Made by a program: the position numbers and the translations under genes. 64,000 nt of DNA from Plasmodiophora brassicae (taxonomy: Eukaryota), in NCBI GenBank assembly GCA_036867785.1, contig CP145424.1, forward strand, positions 806,001 through 870,000, in the 5' to 3' direction. Position 1 is the first letter of the stretch, and every line of letters begins with the position of its first letter. The notes below the pieces were generated by a model that ran no database searches, was not told the DNA's origin, and saw nothing but the letters and a program-made list of their open reading frames with translations. This document shows positions 21,459 to 32,709 of this stretch, piece after piece.

Positions 21459-23809
21459 ATGGCCAGGTACTGGCGGAAGGCAAACGTCGAGGCTCATGCA
21501 GGCACGAATCACCGAACGATCATGGGCGATGGATGGCGCGTGGAACGATCGTGGTCGTTGGCCCTGGGCGCGCGCCACGCAGTCCGCGCCGCCGCCATCA
21601 TCGTCGATTACGATCCGCCTGCACAGCATGTCGTATGGCGATGGCATCCGGTGAGGGAACCCCTGGCCGCCAAGACGACGCCCGCGCGTCAATGCCGACC
21701 GATGCCGAGGACTACCCGGTGATAACGCCGCCGGTGCCGATCGCCTGCCGGTTCGCCGACGATGACCGCCATGAGTATCGCCCGTGGAGCACTCGCCGGT
21801 ATGGTTGGCGCACCCCCCGTTGTCAACGCGCTGGGCACCTAACAGGGCCACAGGCGACCGGCGCCGGTACAGGTCCGACCCTCGGCACGCCCTCAGAAAC
21901 GGGTATCGACGGTCGGCAAACCTGCCGAAGTGTTCCTCAGCTGGGAAGTGCAGCCGTACTGGAGAGGGTTCCGATCCGTCCCATGGTACGCCGACGTCAT
22001 CGCCGATTTCGCCGATCAGAAATGGAAACGGCATCGTGCTGCCCGACGCCATTCCGGTCCACAGAAACTCGCCGCCGAGCCTACCGACATGGAACGCGAC
22101 CTCGTCGCACAGTACAAATCAGCGCATCCGCTTGGTATGGGCGTCGCCGACCGTCTCCCAATGGGACAACCCGGTTAACCTCGTGCTTAGATCTAATGCT
22201 GCTCATTGCACTTGCCAGCACGACGTGCCGAACTGTGGCGTTCGTGCAGGATCTATGGGATAGACAACAGGTGCCCGCTGCACCGACCGAGACGACGGAG
22301 CCGCCGCCCGTCGAACGGGACAGTACGAGGTTGCGTCGGATCCTCGGCGATCGAATCGTCGAGCTGCAAGAGTTGCTGATGAGCCATTACTCGGAGCCGG
22401 ACGCGCTGGACGGCGACCTCCCGTACCATTCCGATGCCTTGCTCGACCAGGCGCTGCGAGGATGCCTCAGTGACAAACGAATTGTAAGCAGTCGACGGTA
22501 CGGCTGCTGCCGCCGCCCGTGTATGACGGGTCCGCTTGTGAAGATTACCACCATGGTGCCGGCTGTCAAGGCCGCCGCTCTTCGAGAGCGGGACATACTT
22601 CAAAAACGGTATCCATTCGTGCCGGCCCTGTCTGTCGATGGCAATTGCTGACCCGATGCGCCCAGATGTGCGCTGTTAGCGCAAGGCGGGTCCAAGGGTG
22701 ACGACGCCCTTGCAGCACTTGCAGCGCCCTCAGTTCGGGCCACCTTTGACCTTCCGCCCAGGTCTCTGCCAAGGAGCCAGCTGACCATAGTGCGGTTGCT
22801 GACGGGATTCACAGATTCATCTATGTCCGCAGGAATTTATTTACGGATTCGGCACCAGAGCCTGATCCCGGCTCGTTGTGTAAGAGACATCTCTTCGCGC
22901 ATACGTAATTCCAGTCCACTGACGCTGGCTGATGACACAGTTGGGTGTCACTGCGTTGGCGAATGCCAGCCATTGACATGTCAATGTGTGCTGGACGGGA
23001 TTCGCACGTATTCCGCGGACGGATCCCTGAACAACAAAGGTATCGGCCTTGTCGTCGAATGCAACAGTACGTGCACCTGTGACCGCGGCCGCTGTCGGAA
23101 CCGAGTTGTTGGACGCCAGGGCAGCGTACGTTAACGTGATTGGATGCATGATCCGCGTTGCCCACGACGCTGTTTGCAACAGATTGGCAAGTTCCCTTTG
23201 GAGGTCCGACGGACGACGTCCTGCGGGTTCGGCTTGTTCTCTGCTGTCGACATCCCGCAGGGGCAGTATGTCTGTGAATACCTGGGCCAGATCATCAGCG
23301 AAAGCGAGGTGACTCGCCTACAGCGAGACGTGTACTTCCCACTGGGCCTGCACTTCATCTGGACGGACGGTTAGGTTCGTCCGTTGATTCCAGTAACGCG
23401 TCACTTATGCGGATCAGGTTTCCACCTACCTTCCGGCATCGAACCGTTTTCCATTGACTCGACAACACATGGCAACGGTAATGCATTTTACGATCGTACC
23501 TCGCGAGCATGCGTGCCTAACTGCTACGGCACAGTCAGCCGATTTGTGAACCACTCGTGCGATCCGAACATGTTCACGTGTCGTATTGAGCGCGAGTACC
23601 GGGATCCGCGAGTCCCGCAGGTGACGATGTGCCTCGTACGCCACCTCGGCTGCGCATGCTAATCGTTATCATTCGCTTAGGTTGCCTTCTTCACGAAACG
23701 GCCAATAGCAGCCGGTGAAGAACTAACAATCGACTACTGCTTCGATGCGTCCCGGAAGACGGTGCAATGCAAATGCGGTTCAAGAAAATGTCGCAAATGG
23801 CTCAAGTAG
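21459..23809 (+). CDS. SUV39/Clr4-like histone-lysine N-methyltransferase (pre-SET, SET, post-SET; multi-exon)
   Basis: GCHCVGEC..CQC, VECNSTCTC...CRNRVV, GFGLFS..DIPQGQYVCEYLGQII, SRFVNHSCDPN, GEELTIDY, CKCGSRKCR. 5' exons uncertain. Confidence 0.9.
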
Positions 23810-24044
23810 CCTGTACCTAGCCACATTAACAGTAAAATCTATTCAAACTCGGGTTGCCCACCTCACCTGGCTGCATTCCTTGATCATCGGTACACGCATT
23901 ATAGACCGCGGCATTCATTGCCTGTGGACGCCCCGATTTCTAAATATAGCGAGGAAGGCTGCTGGTCGGAATATTTTTGGCTAGGGGCAATTGCGCCGGA
24001 TGACCCGTCGTCAGGCATCGTCGCCTCCCATTTGCAAAACCGCA

Positions 24045-24836
24045 ATGCAGCAAGCGGAGCCTATTCGCCTGGCGGCCTCGATCAGCATTCTCATTATCGG
24101 CGCATTGCATGCTGCAGCGAACGACACCTCCTGTGCGTCATGTGGGAACCCTGGCTGTTGTTTCTACTACCGGGGCGACATGGACTGGGACTACCACGAC
24201 CCCACCGCCATGAACCACACGTTCGACAGGGCGTTTGTCGTCAGTCAGCTGTCACGATGGCCGAACTCGACCTCCATTGAGCCGCGTATCGTGTTCACAT
24301 CCGGCGCCATGGGTGCTGGCAAGGGTACCATGCTTCGCAACCGGGCCGCCATGAGCAACGCTAACGTGAGCATCGACCTCGACAACTTCGTCGTGGTCGA
24401 CCCGGACCAATACAAGATCGACCTGCTTCGCGTCCACGGAGTCCCGCTTCAGGAACATTCAGCGCGAGCCGGCCACTTCCACAGACAGAGCGGATACCTG
24501 CAGGAGCTGGTCGTCGACGCAGCCCTGAACTGCAGCCGTAACATCGTCGTGGACGGTTCACTTCGCAATTACGCCTGGAACCACGAGCTGTTCCTCAGGA
24601 TTCGACGCAACCACCCGCAATACCGTATCGAGATCCTGTACGTCTACGCGTCACTGTCGACAGCCAAACGACGAGCCGCGGAACGCCCCGGACGCGCAAT
24701 CACAGTGCCAGGCCTCGTGGAACGATCGTTCAACGAAAGCGCTTATGCAGTCCGGCACCTAACGCGCCTGGCCGACAGCGTTGTCCGCATCGACAATGAA
24801 GAAGGGAAGCCCATCCAAATAACTAAACTTAAATAG
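24045..24836 (+). CDS. Zeta-toxin-like P-loop kinase with N-terminal signal peptide or anchor
   Basis: IVFTSGAMGAGKGT (Walker A), VVVDPDQYK, NIVVDGSLR, YRIEILYVYA...A.RRA.ER.GR, VVRIDN; hydrophobic LAASISILIIGALHAAA; intronless. Confidence 0.8.
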   Translation: MQQAEPIRLAASISILIIGALHAAANDTSCASCGNPGCCFYYRGDMDWDYHDPTAMNHTFDRAFVVSQLSRWPNSTSIEPRIVFTSGAMGAGKGTMLRNRAAMSNANVSIDLDNFVVVDPDQYKIDLLRVHGVPLQEHSARAGHFHRQSGYLQELVVDAALNCSRNIVVDGSLRNYAWNHELFLRIRRNHPQYRIEILYVYASLSTAKRRAAERPGRAITVPGLVERSFNESAYAVRHLTRLADSVVRIDNEEGKPIQITKLK

Positions 24837-25429
24837 TAAGGAACGTGAAACCAACAGAGCAGACGGAAGAAACGGGCATAGTGAGGTAGAATATCGAGGA
24901 AGAACTTGTTCGTTCGGTTCGTCGCTTACATGCCGCTGGTACCATCGGTCCTCCAGGATTACGCACAACCACTCAGCTTGGTGTGCCAAACGGCGGGGCC
25001 AGTTCAGATCAAGTTGTAGAAGATTGTGGATTTCCCCATGGACAGTCCAGCGCCTTCGGACTCGACGACGAATTGGGAGTAGCAAGACTTGTACGCCGGA
25101 CATGCCGGCATATATATAGTTTGGTCTATTCTCATTTCATAATACAACATGGGTCACAAAAAACGAACACGAATGGTGCTACACCAACGGCCAACGTACT
25201 GAGTGGCTTCCGTCATCCTGGATACCCAGTCCCCCATTTGGCTCCAGATTGGAGTCGACTGGTTCCCAGCGGTGTATTCCAATAGAGATGCACGTGAAGC
25301 CAGCAGCGCATCACGTCGTCTGGGTCCACCGTTGACAGTGGACGACGCACCTCGATATGCAGCGACGACGCGCTCACAGCCGTAACATCATCCATGGCCA
25401 TGGTTGATCCATTGTCGAATAGGATCTGT

Positions 25430-25808
25430 GGAAAGCCGTATGGACGATCTTCACCTGGGCGCCTGCTTTCTACCTACTCGAGCAGCTGACGCTCAAACAG
25501 CGCGTGTCCATTGCTGTATCCCTGCTTATCACGACGGTCGTCAGTGCTGTCGCCATCCAGGTTCATTCTATATATCTGCCTCCGCCCTCTGATCCTGACC
25601 TGGCAGTCCGTTGCAGACACTGTACGGCGGCACGTACAGCGTTGGATTACGAGTCAAGGCGTGTTTGATCGACATCGTATACCGGGAAGCGCTCATACTC
25701 CATCCTGCCAATGTTGACGTTGGACACGTTCTGACGATCATGGCCACCAGTGTAGAGGCTGTGGCCGATGCCGTATCGCATTTCCTTTTGTCACTTCGCC
25801 CTCATTGA
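25430..25808 (+). pseudogene. ABCC/MRP-type ABC transporter transmembrane-domain fragment
   Basis: VGLRVKACLIDIVYREALIL...VGHVLTIMATSVE resembles the ABCC 'G.R.R..L...IYRKAL.L...G.I.NLM..D' motif; isolated and truncated. Confidence 0.55.
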
Positions 25809-25860
25809 AAACAGTTTTCCATGAGTAATGATTTCCCATTTGCCTTAATCTGTGGTCAGG

Positions 25861-26099
25861 ATGCCTAGAGGTCTTGCTCGTCCTCGGTCTAGTTGTCTAC
25901 CTGGCCGCGTTACGGGCAGCGATTGCGCCTGCTGTCGTTGTCGTTGCGCCCGTGGTGCCTGTCCAGCTATTGCTGGGCCACTTCCCCAGTCGGTCATCAC
26001 TCTCGTTCGTCACTGCCGACAGCGCTGTCCGCGTCAACAATGAAGAAAGGAAGCCCATATATCCAGATAACTAAACTTAAACAGTTGGGAACCTGAAAC
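25861..26099 (+). pseudogene. Remnant paralogue of the zeta-like gene (hydrophobic leader joined to a copy of the 3' end)
   Basis: 26015-26099 GCCGACAGCG.TGTCCGC.TC.ACAATGAAGAA.GGAAGCCCAT...ATAACTAAACTTAAA is a direct copy of 24770-24851. Confidence 0.75.
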
Positions 26100-26844
26100 G
26101 TTTTACAACCGACCTGGCACGTGTAGAAACTATAAGTGATATGGCGTCGATCGATGTAAGGCTCCGCACTGTTGATTGTGGTCGTCTGCAAGTAGACAGA
26201 CGCAGAGAGGCGCATGGCAGAGTTGGGGAATGTCAAACTTACGTCTAGCAACTTTCGTATCGCTCGGAATGTTCTGGACACGAACTGATCTGCGGACTGA
26301 GCAATCCTCTGTTGTTGTGGCGTTGTCGGTGTCATGCCGAGCGCACCCAGCACGCGTTCCTGATCGCGTACCCAGATCCTATGCGACGTGTCGATCGCGT
26401 ACCCAGTTCCTAGGCGACGTGTCGCGTGCCAAGGTGCCCACGCGACCCTACCCAGGGTCCCTGGATCACTCTCGTTGTTGTCGATACATCACGTTCCACG
26501 CAGTGCTATGTGCGTTCCTGTAGCGTTCGGGCGTTGCCCACGTCTTCAGTCGGGGCGGATCGCAATCTGGACAGGGACATGAGGACGGGCAGCCGTAAAC
26601 ACGGCATGCAGGAGGGAACTGCGGGACAAGGTAGAACGATTTGGGGAGGAACCGAGGTCTGGAGCAACGGGCCGTGGAGGTTCGAGTATGTATGGCCTAC
26701 AAAGTTGTATTTCATCGTTTGTACCCGAACCTCGTCGCCTCGTCGTTCCCGAGTTCGAGTCAATGACCTGCAATAGAGAGCTCCACTGGGGGGAATACGA
26801 TCTACATATCATCACGTGCGTATGTGTGTGTGTGCGTGTGCATG

Positions 26845-28905
26845 TCACCAGACGTCGCCGCAGGTGCAGGACCCGTCCTGGAAATGATGTGCGAGGCTCC
26901 CGTCCCGAATCATGATCGGTCGCTTGTAGACGACGGAGACGTGTTTGACGGCCGCATGGCAGTCGTCGCACATCGGGCGGTTCTTGGCGGCGCGGATCGG
27001 CGCCCCTGCCGGCGACGAGCGCAGAGCGTACGCCAGCGCGATCTTGACGCTGTGCATCTCGACCGACTCGCGCGCCTCCTCCGCGCCGCTGGTCGGCTTC
27101 GTCGTCATGGCCATGTCCGGCGCGTACCCGACCTGCTCGATCGCCTCGATCATGTCGCGATGCTGCTGCCGCAGGCCGGCGTCCGATCGCATGCGCTCGT
27201 CGTCGGCGAAGAACAGGGTCGTGCAGCCCGACAGCGACAGCGTCGTGCGCCCCGGCGACGTCGTCAGGCCCCGCGCCGTCATCTCCTGGCGAACGCGGCA
27301 CATGTCGGCGTGCCGCCGGACGGACGCGTACGCGTTCGACATCATGACGTGGGCGCAGGCCAGGTGCGACGCCGTCTCCGATGCCGGCATCGCCAGGATG
27401 GCCCGGAAGGCGCGTTCGGCGCGCGACACCGCCCTGAACCGGCGGCAGGCGCCCAGCACGGTCATCCAGGAGACGACGTTCGTCGTCGGGGCGCGGGCCG
27501 CCAGGCGCTCGGCCTCGGCCAGGTCGCCGAGGACGGCGTGCAGGCGTATCAGGCAATTCGTGTGGACCGTGCCGGCCGCGACCTGCCAGGCGCCGGCGAA
27601 CTCGTCGAGCAGGGCGCGGGCGCGTCCGGCGTCGCGCGTCTGCACGCAGGCGTTGAGCAGGGCGACGAGCGTGACGTCGGTCGGGCGCAGGCCCGCCGCC
27701 TTCAGGTGGGCGAACAGGGCGAAGGCGCGCGGCGCCGTCGCCTCCCGGCGGCTGCAGGCGGCCATCAGCGCGTTGTACGGGACGATGCCGGGGGAGGAGC
27801 GCGCGCGGAACACGGCCTCGGCCGTCCCCATCTGCCCGCAGGCGGCGTACGCGCCGACCAGGGCGCTGGTGACGGCGTCGTCGTCCAGCAGCATGCTGTC
27901 GCGGGCGTACTCGTGCAGCTCGGCGAGGGCGTCGGCGGCCAGCGCCGGGCCGCACGACGCGACCAGCGCGCTGAACACGGGCACGTCGACGGGGACGCGC
28001 CGGGCGACCATGTCCCGGAACAGGGGCAGGGCGTCGGCCAGGCGCGACGCCCTGCAGAACGCGGCCAGGACCTGCGTGTGGATCTGCATCGACGGCGGCT
28101 GCCCGATGTCGTCCATCAGGCGCAGCGCGCGTCGCGCCTGGTCGAGGCGCCCGTCGGACAGGAGCGCCGCGATCAGGTTGCCGAACAGCGGATAGTTGCC
28201 GTGCGACGCGATGTCGTGCGCCGGCACCAGGCCCAGGAGTTGCTGGGCGCGGTCGGCGCCCACGACCCCGCCCGCTTCCGCACAGCAGGCCGCCAGGGCC
28301 GACACGAGCTTGACGGAGACGAGGCGGGCGGCGTCGGCGACGAGGTCGGCGACCAGGTCCAGGGCGAGGTCCGGGCGGCGCGTCTCCCGGCAGATGCTGG
28401 CCAGCAGGAACAGGATGTCGTGGGACAGCGGCCGACCGCACCGCCCGTACCTGTGCAGGGCGGCGTCGACGAGCGGCGGCCGCGCGTTCAGGCAGGCGCG
28501 CGCGAACGTACAGAACAGGTCGAGGTCGGCGCCGACGTCGACGCCGCGCTCCAGGGCGGCGTCCAGCACGTGCGGCGCCTTGGCGGGCAGGTGCCGCCGG
28601 CAGAACGTCATCATCGACTGGAAGAAGCGCGCGTCCACGTCCAGGCGCAGGTCCATGACGCGCTCGAACACGATCCAGCCGTGCCCGGGCGTCCGGTCCT
28701 GCTTCAGCGTGCTGATGGCCAGCGCCACCGAGGGCGCGCGCACGAACGCGTAGAAGACGGGCTCGGACGTCGGGGGCGGCCCACGGCGATCGCCGGCCCA
28801 GCGCGGCGGCGATCGACGCGAGGGAACGGGCGCGCAGGTGCCGCCGCAACGCACCAGGCGCCGGACGCGTGCGCTCGCGCGGCACAGGACAACGACGAGC
28901 GCCAT
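26845..28905 (-). CDS. Pentatricopeptide-repeat protein with E and DYW-type C-terminal domains
   Basis: PPR repeats (e.g. IHTQVLAAFCRASRLADALPLFRDM, PYNALMAACSR), E domain (SWMTVLGACR...HVMMSNAYA), PG box (SPGRT), HSVKIALAY, KNRPMCDDCH, IRDGSLAHHFQDGSCTCGDVW*; Arg-rich presequence-like N-terminus from the ATG at 28905. Confidence 0.93.
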   Translation of the reverse strand: MALVVVLCRASARVRRLVRCGGTCAPVPSRRSPPRWAGDRRGPPPTSEPVFYAFVRAPSVALAISTLKQDRTPGHGWIVFERVMDLRLDVDARFFQSMMTFCRRHLPAKAPHVLDAALERGVDVGADLDLFCTFARACLNARPPLVDAALHRYGRCGRPLSHDILFLLASICRETRRPDLALDLVADLVADAARLVSVKLVSALAACCAEAGGVVGADRAQQLLGLVPAHDIASHGNYPLFGNLIAALLSDGRLDQARRALRLMDDIGQPPSMQIHTQVLAAFCRASRLADALPLFRDMVARRVPVDVPVFSALVASCGPALAADALAELHEYARDSMLLDDDAVTSALVGAYAACGQMGTAEAVFRARSSPGIVPYNALMAACSRREATAPRAFALFAHLKAAGLRPTDVTLVALLNACVQTRDAGRARALLDEFAGAWQVAAGTVHTNCLIRLHAVLGDLAEAERLAARAPTTNVVSWMTVLGACRRFRAVSRAERAFRAILAMPASETASHLACAHVMMSNAYASVRRHADMCRVRQEMTARGLTTSPGRTTLSLSGCTTLFFADDERMRSDAGLRQQHRDMIEAIEQVGYAPDMAMTTKPTSGAEEARESVEMHSVKIALAYALRSSPAGAPIRAAKNRPMCDDCHAAVKHVSVVYKRPIMIRDGSLAHHFQDGSCTCGDVW

Positions 28906-29091
28906 GACGCCCTGGTCGTCCGCGCAACGACGACGACGACGGCGATCGCACACGGCAGCGGCAGCAGCAGGCAGCAGCGGCGGCGGCGGGCGCTGGCCGC
29001 TATTTCGATCTGCCGACGGCCGCAGCCGTAATGCATTGTGCAGGAGGGGACGGCGCGCGACCCGCACCGCTGTGCCGCCTGCACACGATCC

Positions 29092-31441
29092 ATGGATCCG
29101 CTGCACGGGCCGTCGTCGCTCGTCGGCAACGAGGCGCCGCAGGCCGAGCTAGGCGTGCGCGCGGCGCCGTCGTTCGACGACTACGTCGGGACGCTGGCGC
29201 TGCTGGTCGACGACGTCGCAGTGCAGAGCGTGGAGGCGTGCGCCGACGACATCCAACGCCTGTGGAACGAGGGCCAGCGCGTGCCGGCGTTCCGCGCCGC
29301 CGTCGACCTGGCCGGCACGCTGACGCGCCACACGACGTCGGCGTCGTACCCGGGTCGCGCCTTGCGCATCGCCGACGTCCTCAGGCGGTTCAGCCGACGG
29401 CTACGGGCGCACCTGTCGAGCGGCAGCAGTAAGGTCGAGGTATGTGGTGACCTCCACACGCGCGCATCATCGAACGGGTGTCGCTGATTGCGGTTGGGCA
29501 GACCTGCCGCCGGTGGCTGGCGTTGACGGGCGCCATCTACGGCGTCGTTGCCCGCGTCTACATGGAGACGGCGTTGCTCGACTGCCACCTGGTCGTGGAG
29601 GCGGGCGCGGCCGGCGTGGAGGCGCGCCAGCGTGCTCTGCGGCGCCTCGCACGGTCCTGTCGGGGCATTGCCGACCCCGTCGCCGCCAGCTACGCCCGGC
29701 TGTTCGTCGTGCGCCAGCTGGGCGACGCCGACGACGTCTCCATCGTTGGCGAATGCGCCCACGACCAGATCCGGGGCATGTACCCGCGATGCGATGCGGC
29801 CACGGTGGCCCTGATCGGCCCGTCGCTGACGTGGCAGCTGATGGTCGCCCGGGACCTGCACCCGGCCGTGTTCCCCGGCCTGCTCGACGCCTACCGCGCG
29901 TACTCCAGCGACGCCGCGCTGCTCCAGACGATGCTCGACCTGACGAACGCGGACGTGCTCCTGGACAACGCCGACGCCGTCCTGGCCGTCATCCTGGAGG
30001 TGCACCCGGTGCGTCTCGCTGATGGGGGTGCTCACCCCGTACATGCTGACGCGTGTCTGCCCTACGTAGATCAATGCAGGGCACCTGAAGACGCTCATCG
30101 ACGCAGTGGCGCGGGCGTCGACGGCGCCGGTCACCCCCGCCCTGTTCACCGCGTTGCGTCGCGGTACGCTGCGTTGCCGAACGGGCCATCGTCACGTGAC
30201 GTTGATGTCGTGTCCCCTCCCCGCTAGCCACGATGCGCATGTCGTCCGACGCGTCGATCCTCGAGGCCTGCGCCTGTCTGGCATCGATCGCGGTGACGAA
30301 CGTGTCGCCCCTGACGCCCACGCTCCTCGTCCAGCTTCAGGCCGATGTCGTCGATGCCGCCAGGCGGTGCCGACGCAAGCGCCCCGACACGACGACCGCC
30401 TTGCTGTGCAACGTCCTGGAATCGTTCCTCGACGGGTACCTGGGCGACGACCTGCTCCAGCACCTGGTATGCACACGGCAGCGCCTGCGTCTCGGTCGCC
30501 TGTAGCCGACGACGATGTGCGCCCCAGGATTACTACGCGGGCATCGTCGAGCTCCTGGACGCCGACCGCCAGGCCCAGTACTGGACCCGGATACTCCAGG
30601 GGCAACCGGACCGGGCCGCCTGCGTTCGTCTCGCGGATCGCCTGTCGGGCGGCGGATCACCCGCGCGCCGGGCGCTCCTGGCGTCTGTCGTCGAAAGCAT
30701 GCCCGCCAGCGTCGACGTCGACGACCTGCAGGGGCAGTTGCAGGTCGTCCAGGAGGTCGCGTCGCGCGCTCCCGATCTGGGCGCGCTGCTGACGCGCCGC
30801 GCGCTCAACCTGGCCGTCGCCGCGCATCGCCTCGTCGCTGCCACGAAAGGTTCCAGCGCGTTCACGAGCGACTGCCTGCGGTTCGCTGCGTCAGGTACCG
30901 GGTGGACGGGCCTGTCTGTCTGTCTGGAGGGCACTGCCAGAGCGTATGACATGGGGGCAGGGCTGTCTGATGGGTCGGCGGCGATGGACTACCAGGCGGT
31001 CATCGAGGTGGCGACCGCGACCGGCCACCTGGACCAGGCGGAGGCGACGACCCGGCGCGCGTTCCAGGTCGAGCGCTCCGGTCGGGGCGGATGCGCTGGG
31101 CTGACGACCTCCTCCTCCCGCAGCGTATCGGATCGTGGAGCGCGGGCGACACGCGTCGGATGGTGGGCGTGATGCACGAGCTGGCGCGCCGAACGCAGGA
31201 CGTGTCGCTGCACGAGGCGCTGGGCCGCCTGGGCATCGCCAACGCCGCGTTGATCGTGTCGCTGGTGGCGCTGTTCGATGGGGAACCGCGGGACGACGCC
31301 GTCCGGGCGGCCGAGCAGATCTGGAGGCACGCCGTCTGGGCGCCCGGTCAGCGCGACGCCCTACTCGCCGATGTGCGACGTCGGTCGGTGGCGTGGTGCC
31401 ATCGCCTTCAGGGCTGGCGTCGCGACGACAACGACACGTAA
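29092..31441 (+). CDS. VPS35L: VPS35L (C16orf62)-like retriever complex subunit, multi-exon
   Basis: W..GQRV.A...YPGR..I.DVL..F; ETCRRW...I..VVARVYMETALLDC; L.RL..SCRGIADPVAASYARLF follow the VPS35L N-terminal pattern; divergent and short. Confidence 0.7.
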
Positions 31442-31469
31442 CCGTCCATGGCATAATGTACGGAGAGAC

Positions 31470-32709
31470 TTATGATCGTTCCGGATTGACGAGGACCATC
31501 CGATACCGGGCGGCGTTGTCGGCGACCCGCTTCAGGGCCACGTTGCAATTCTCGGCGGTCATCGGCAGGTCTTCGATCAGGGCCTGGGCCAAGCGGTCAG
31601 GGAATTTAGAACGGGGAGGGGCGCATCGGACGACCAGCGCGACCTGGATGCCGTGGTCGGCGACGAACTGAAGCATCACCGGGATCTGCGACGGCGGCAC
31701 CAGGTACGATCCGGTGAAGGACAGCTCCTTCGTGACCAGGGCGCCGGGCCTGAACGACACTTTCCCCGGCAGCCCGACCAGGCACAGGACGCCGCCGGGG
31801 CGCAGCAGGTTCAGGTACGGTGTCCAGTCGATCCCATCCGCCGATATCGTCGACAGCAGGAAATCTGCGATCGTCCCCCGGGTCAGTGCAGGAACCACCT
31901 TCTGCAGAGCGACGGGGGGCCCACCGAACGTGTTCGCGCCGAGCGCCATCTCCGTGGGGTCCTTCGCGTTCAGGAAATGGTCGGCACCGAGTCGTCGCGC
32001 CTCGTCTGCTTTGTCGGGAGACGTCGAGATGGCCGTCGTCTGGCAGCCGCGCGCGTGCGCGATCTGAATGGCGATGTGCCCGAGGCCGCCGATCCCGATC
32101 ACGCCCACGACGCTGCCCTTGCCGATGCTGTGCGTGACGAACGGCGACCAGGTCGTCTCGCCCGCACAGAGGATCGGGGCCGCCGTCTTTGTGTCCAGGT
32201 TCTCCGGGATCGGGAACGCCCACTTCGCCTGAACGCGGATGCGCTTGCTGAACCCGCCGTACGTATAGGGCTGCCGGGAGTCACCCGTCGGCGAATTGTA
32301 CGATTTCACACGCTGAGCACAGAGCTGCTCGCGCCCTGCGACACCAGTAGGCCAACCGTCAGCAGCGCACGGCGGCAGGACGACGACGAGGAGGAGGCGG
32401 AGCCCTACCGGACGTGCACTCGGTACAGGTTTCGCAGGACCCGGTCTGCGGCCCGACGCCGACCCGTTGCCCGACGTATCGTTCGTGGACGTTGTTTCCC
32501 ATGGCGGTGATGCGCCCGATGATCTCATGGCCGAGCACGATCGGGTACTTGGCGGCGCCCCAGTCGTCGCACTGCTGGTGCAGGTCGCTGTGGCAGACGC
32601 CGCACGCGTCGATCGCGATCTCGACCTGGTCCGACCCCAGCGGCAGCGGCGTGTACTGGAACGGAACCACGGGCCCGCCCGCCTCCATCACAGCGAACGC
32701 CTCGATCAT
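31470..32709 (-). CDS. Zn-dependent NAD(P)H alcohol dehydrogenase (cinnamyl-ADH family)
   Basis: CGVCHSDLH, GHEIIG, C..C..C...C, APILCAG.T, GIGGLGH, RYRMVL; 3 introns. Confidence 0.95.

Noticed and set aside
21459-22140. Possible N-terminal chromodomain in the SET gene
   Set aside because: Only weak aromatic-residue similarity and exon structure uncertain; needs an HMM
26546-29031. 735-aa antisense ORF and 801-aa alternative-frame ORF over the PPR gene
   Set aside because: Expected shadow ORFs from high GC3; Arg/Ala/Gly-rich with no domain
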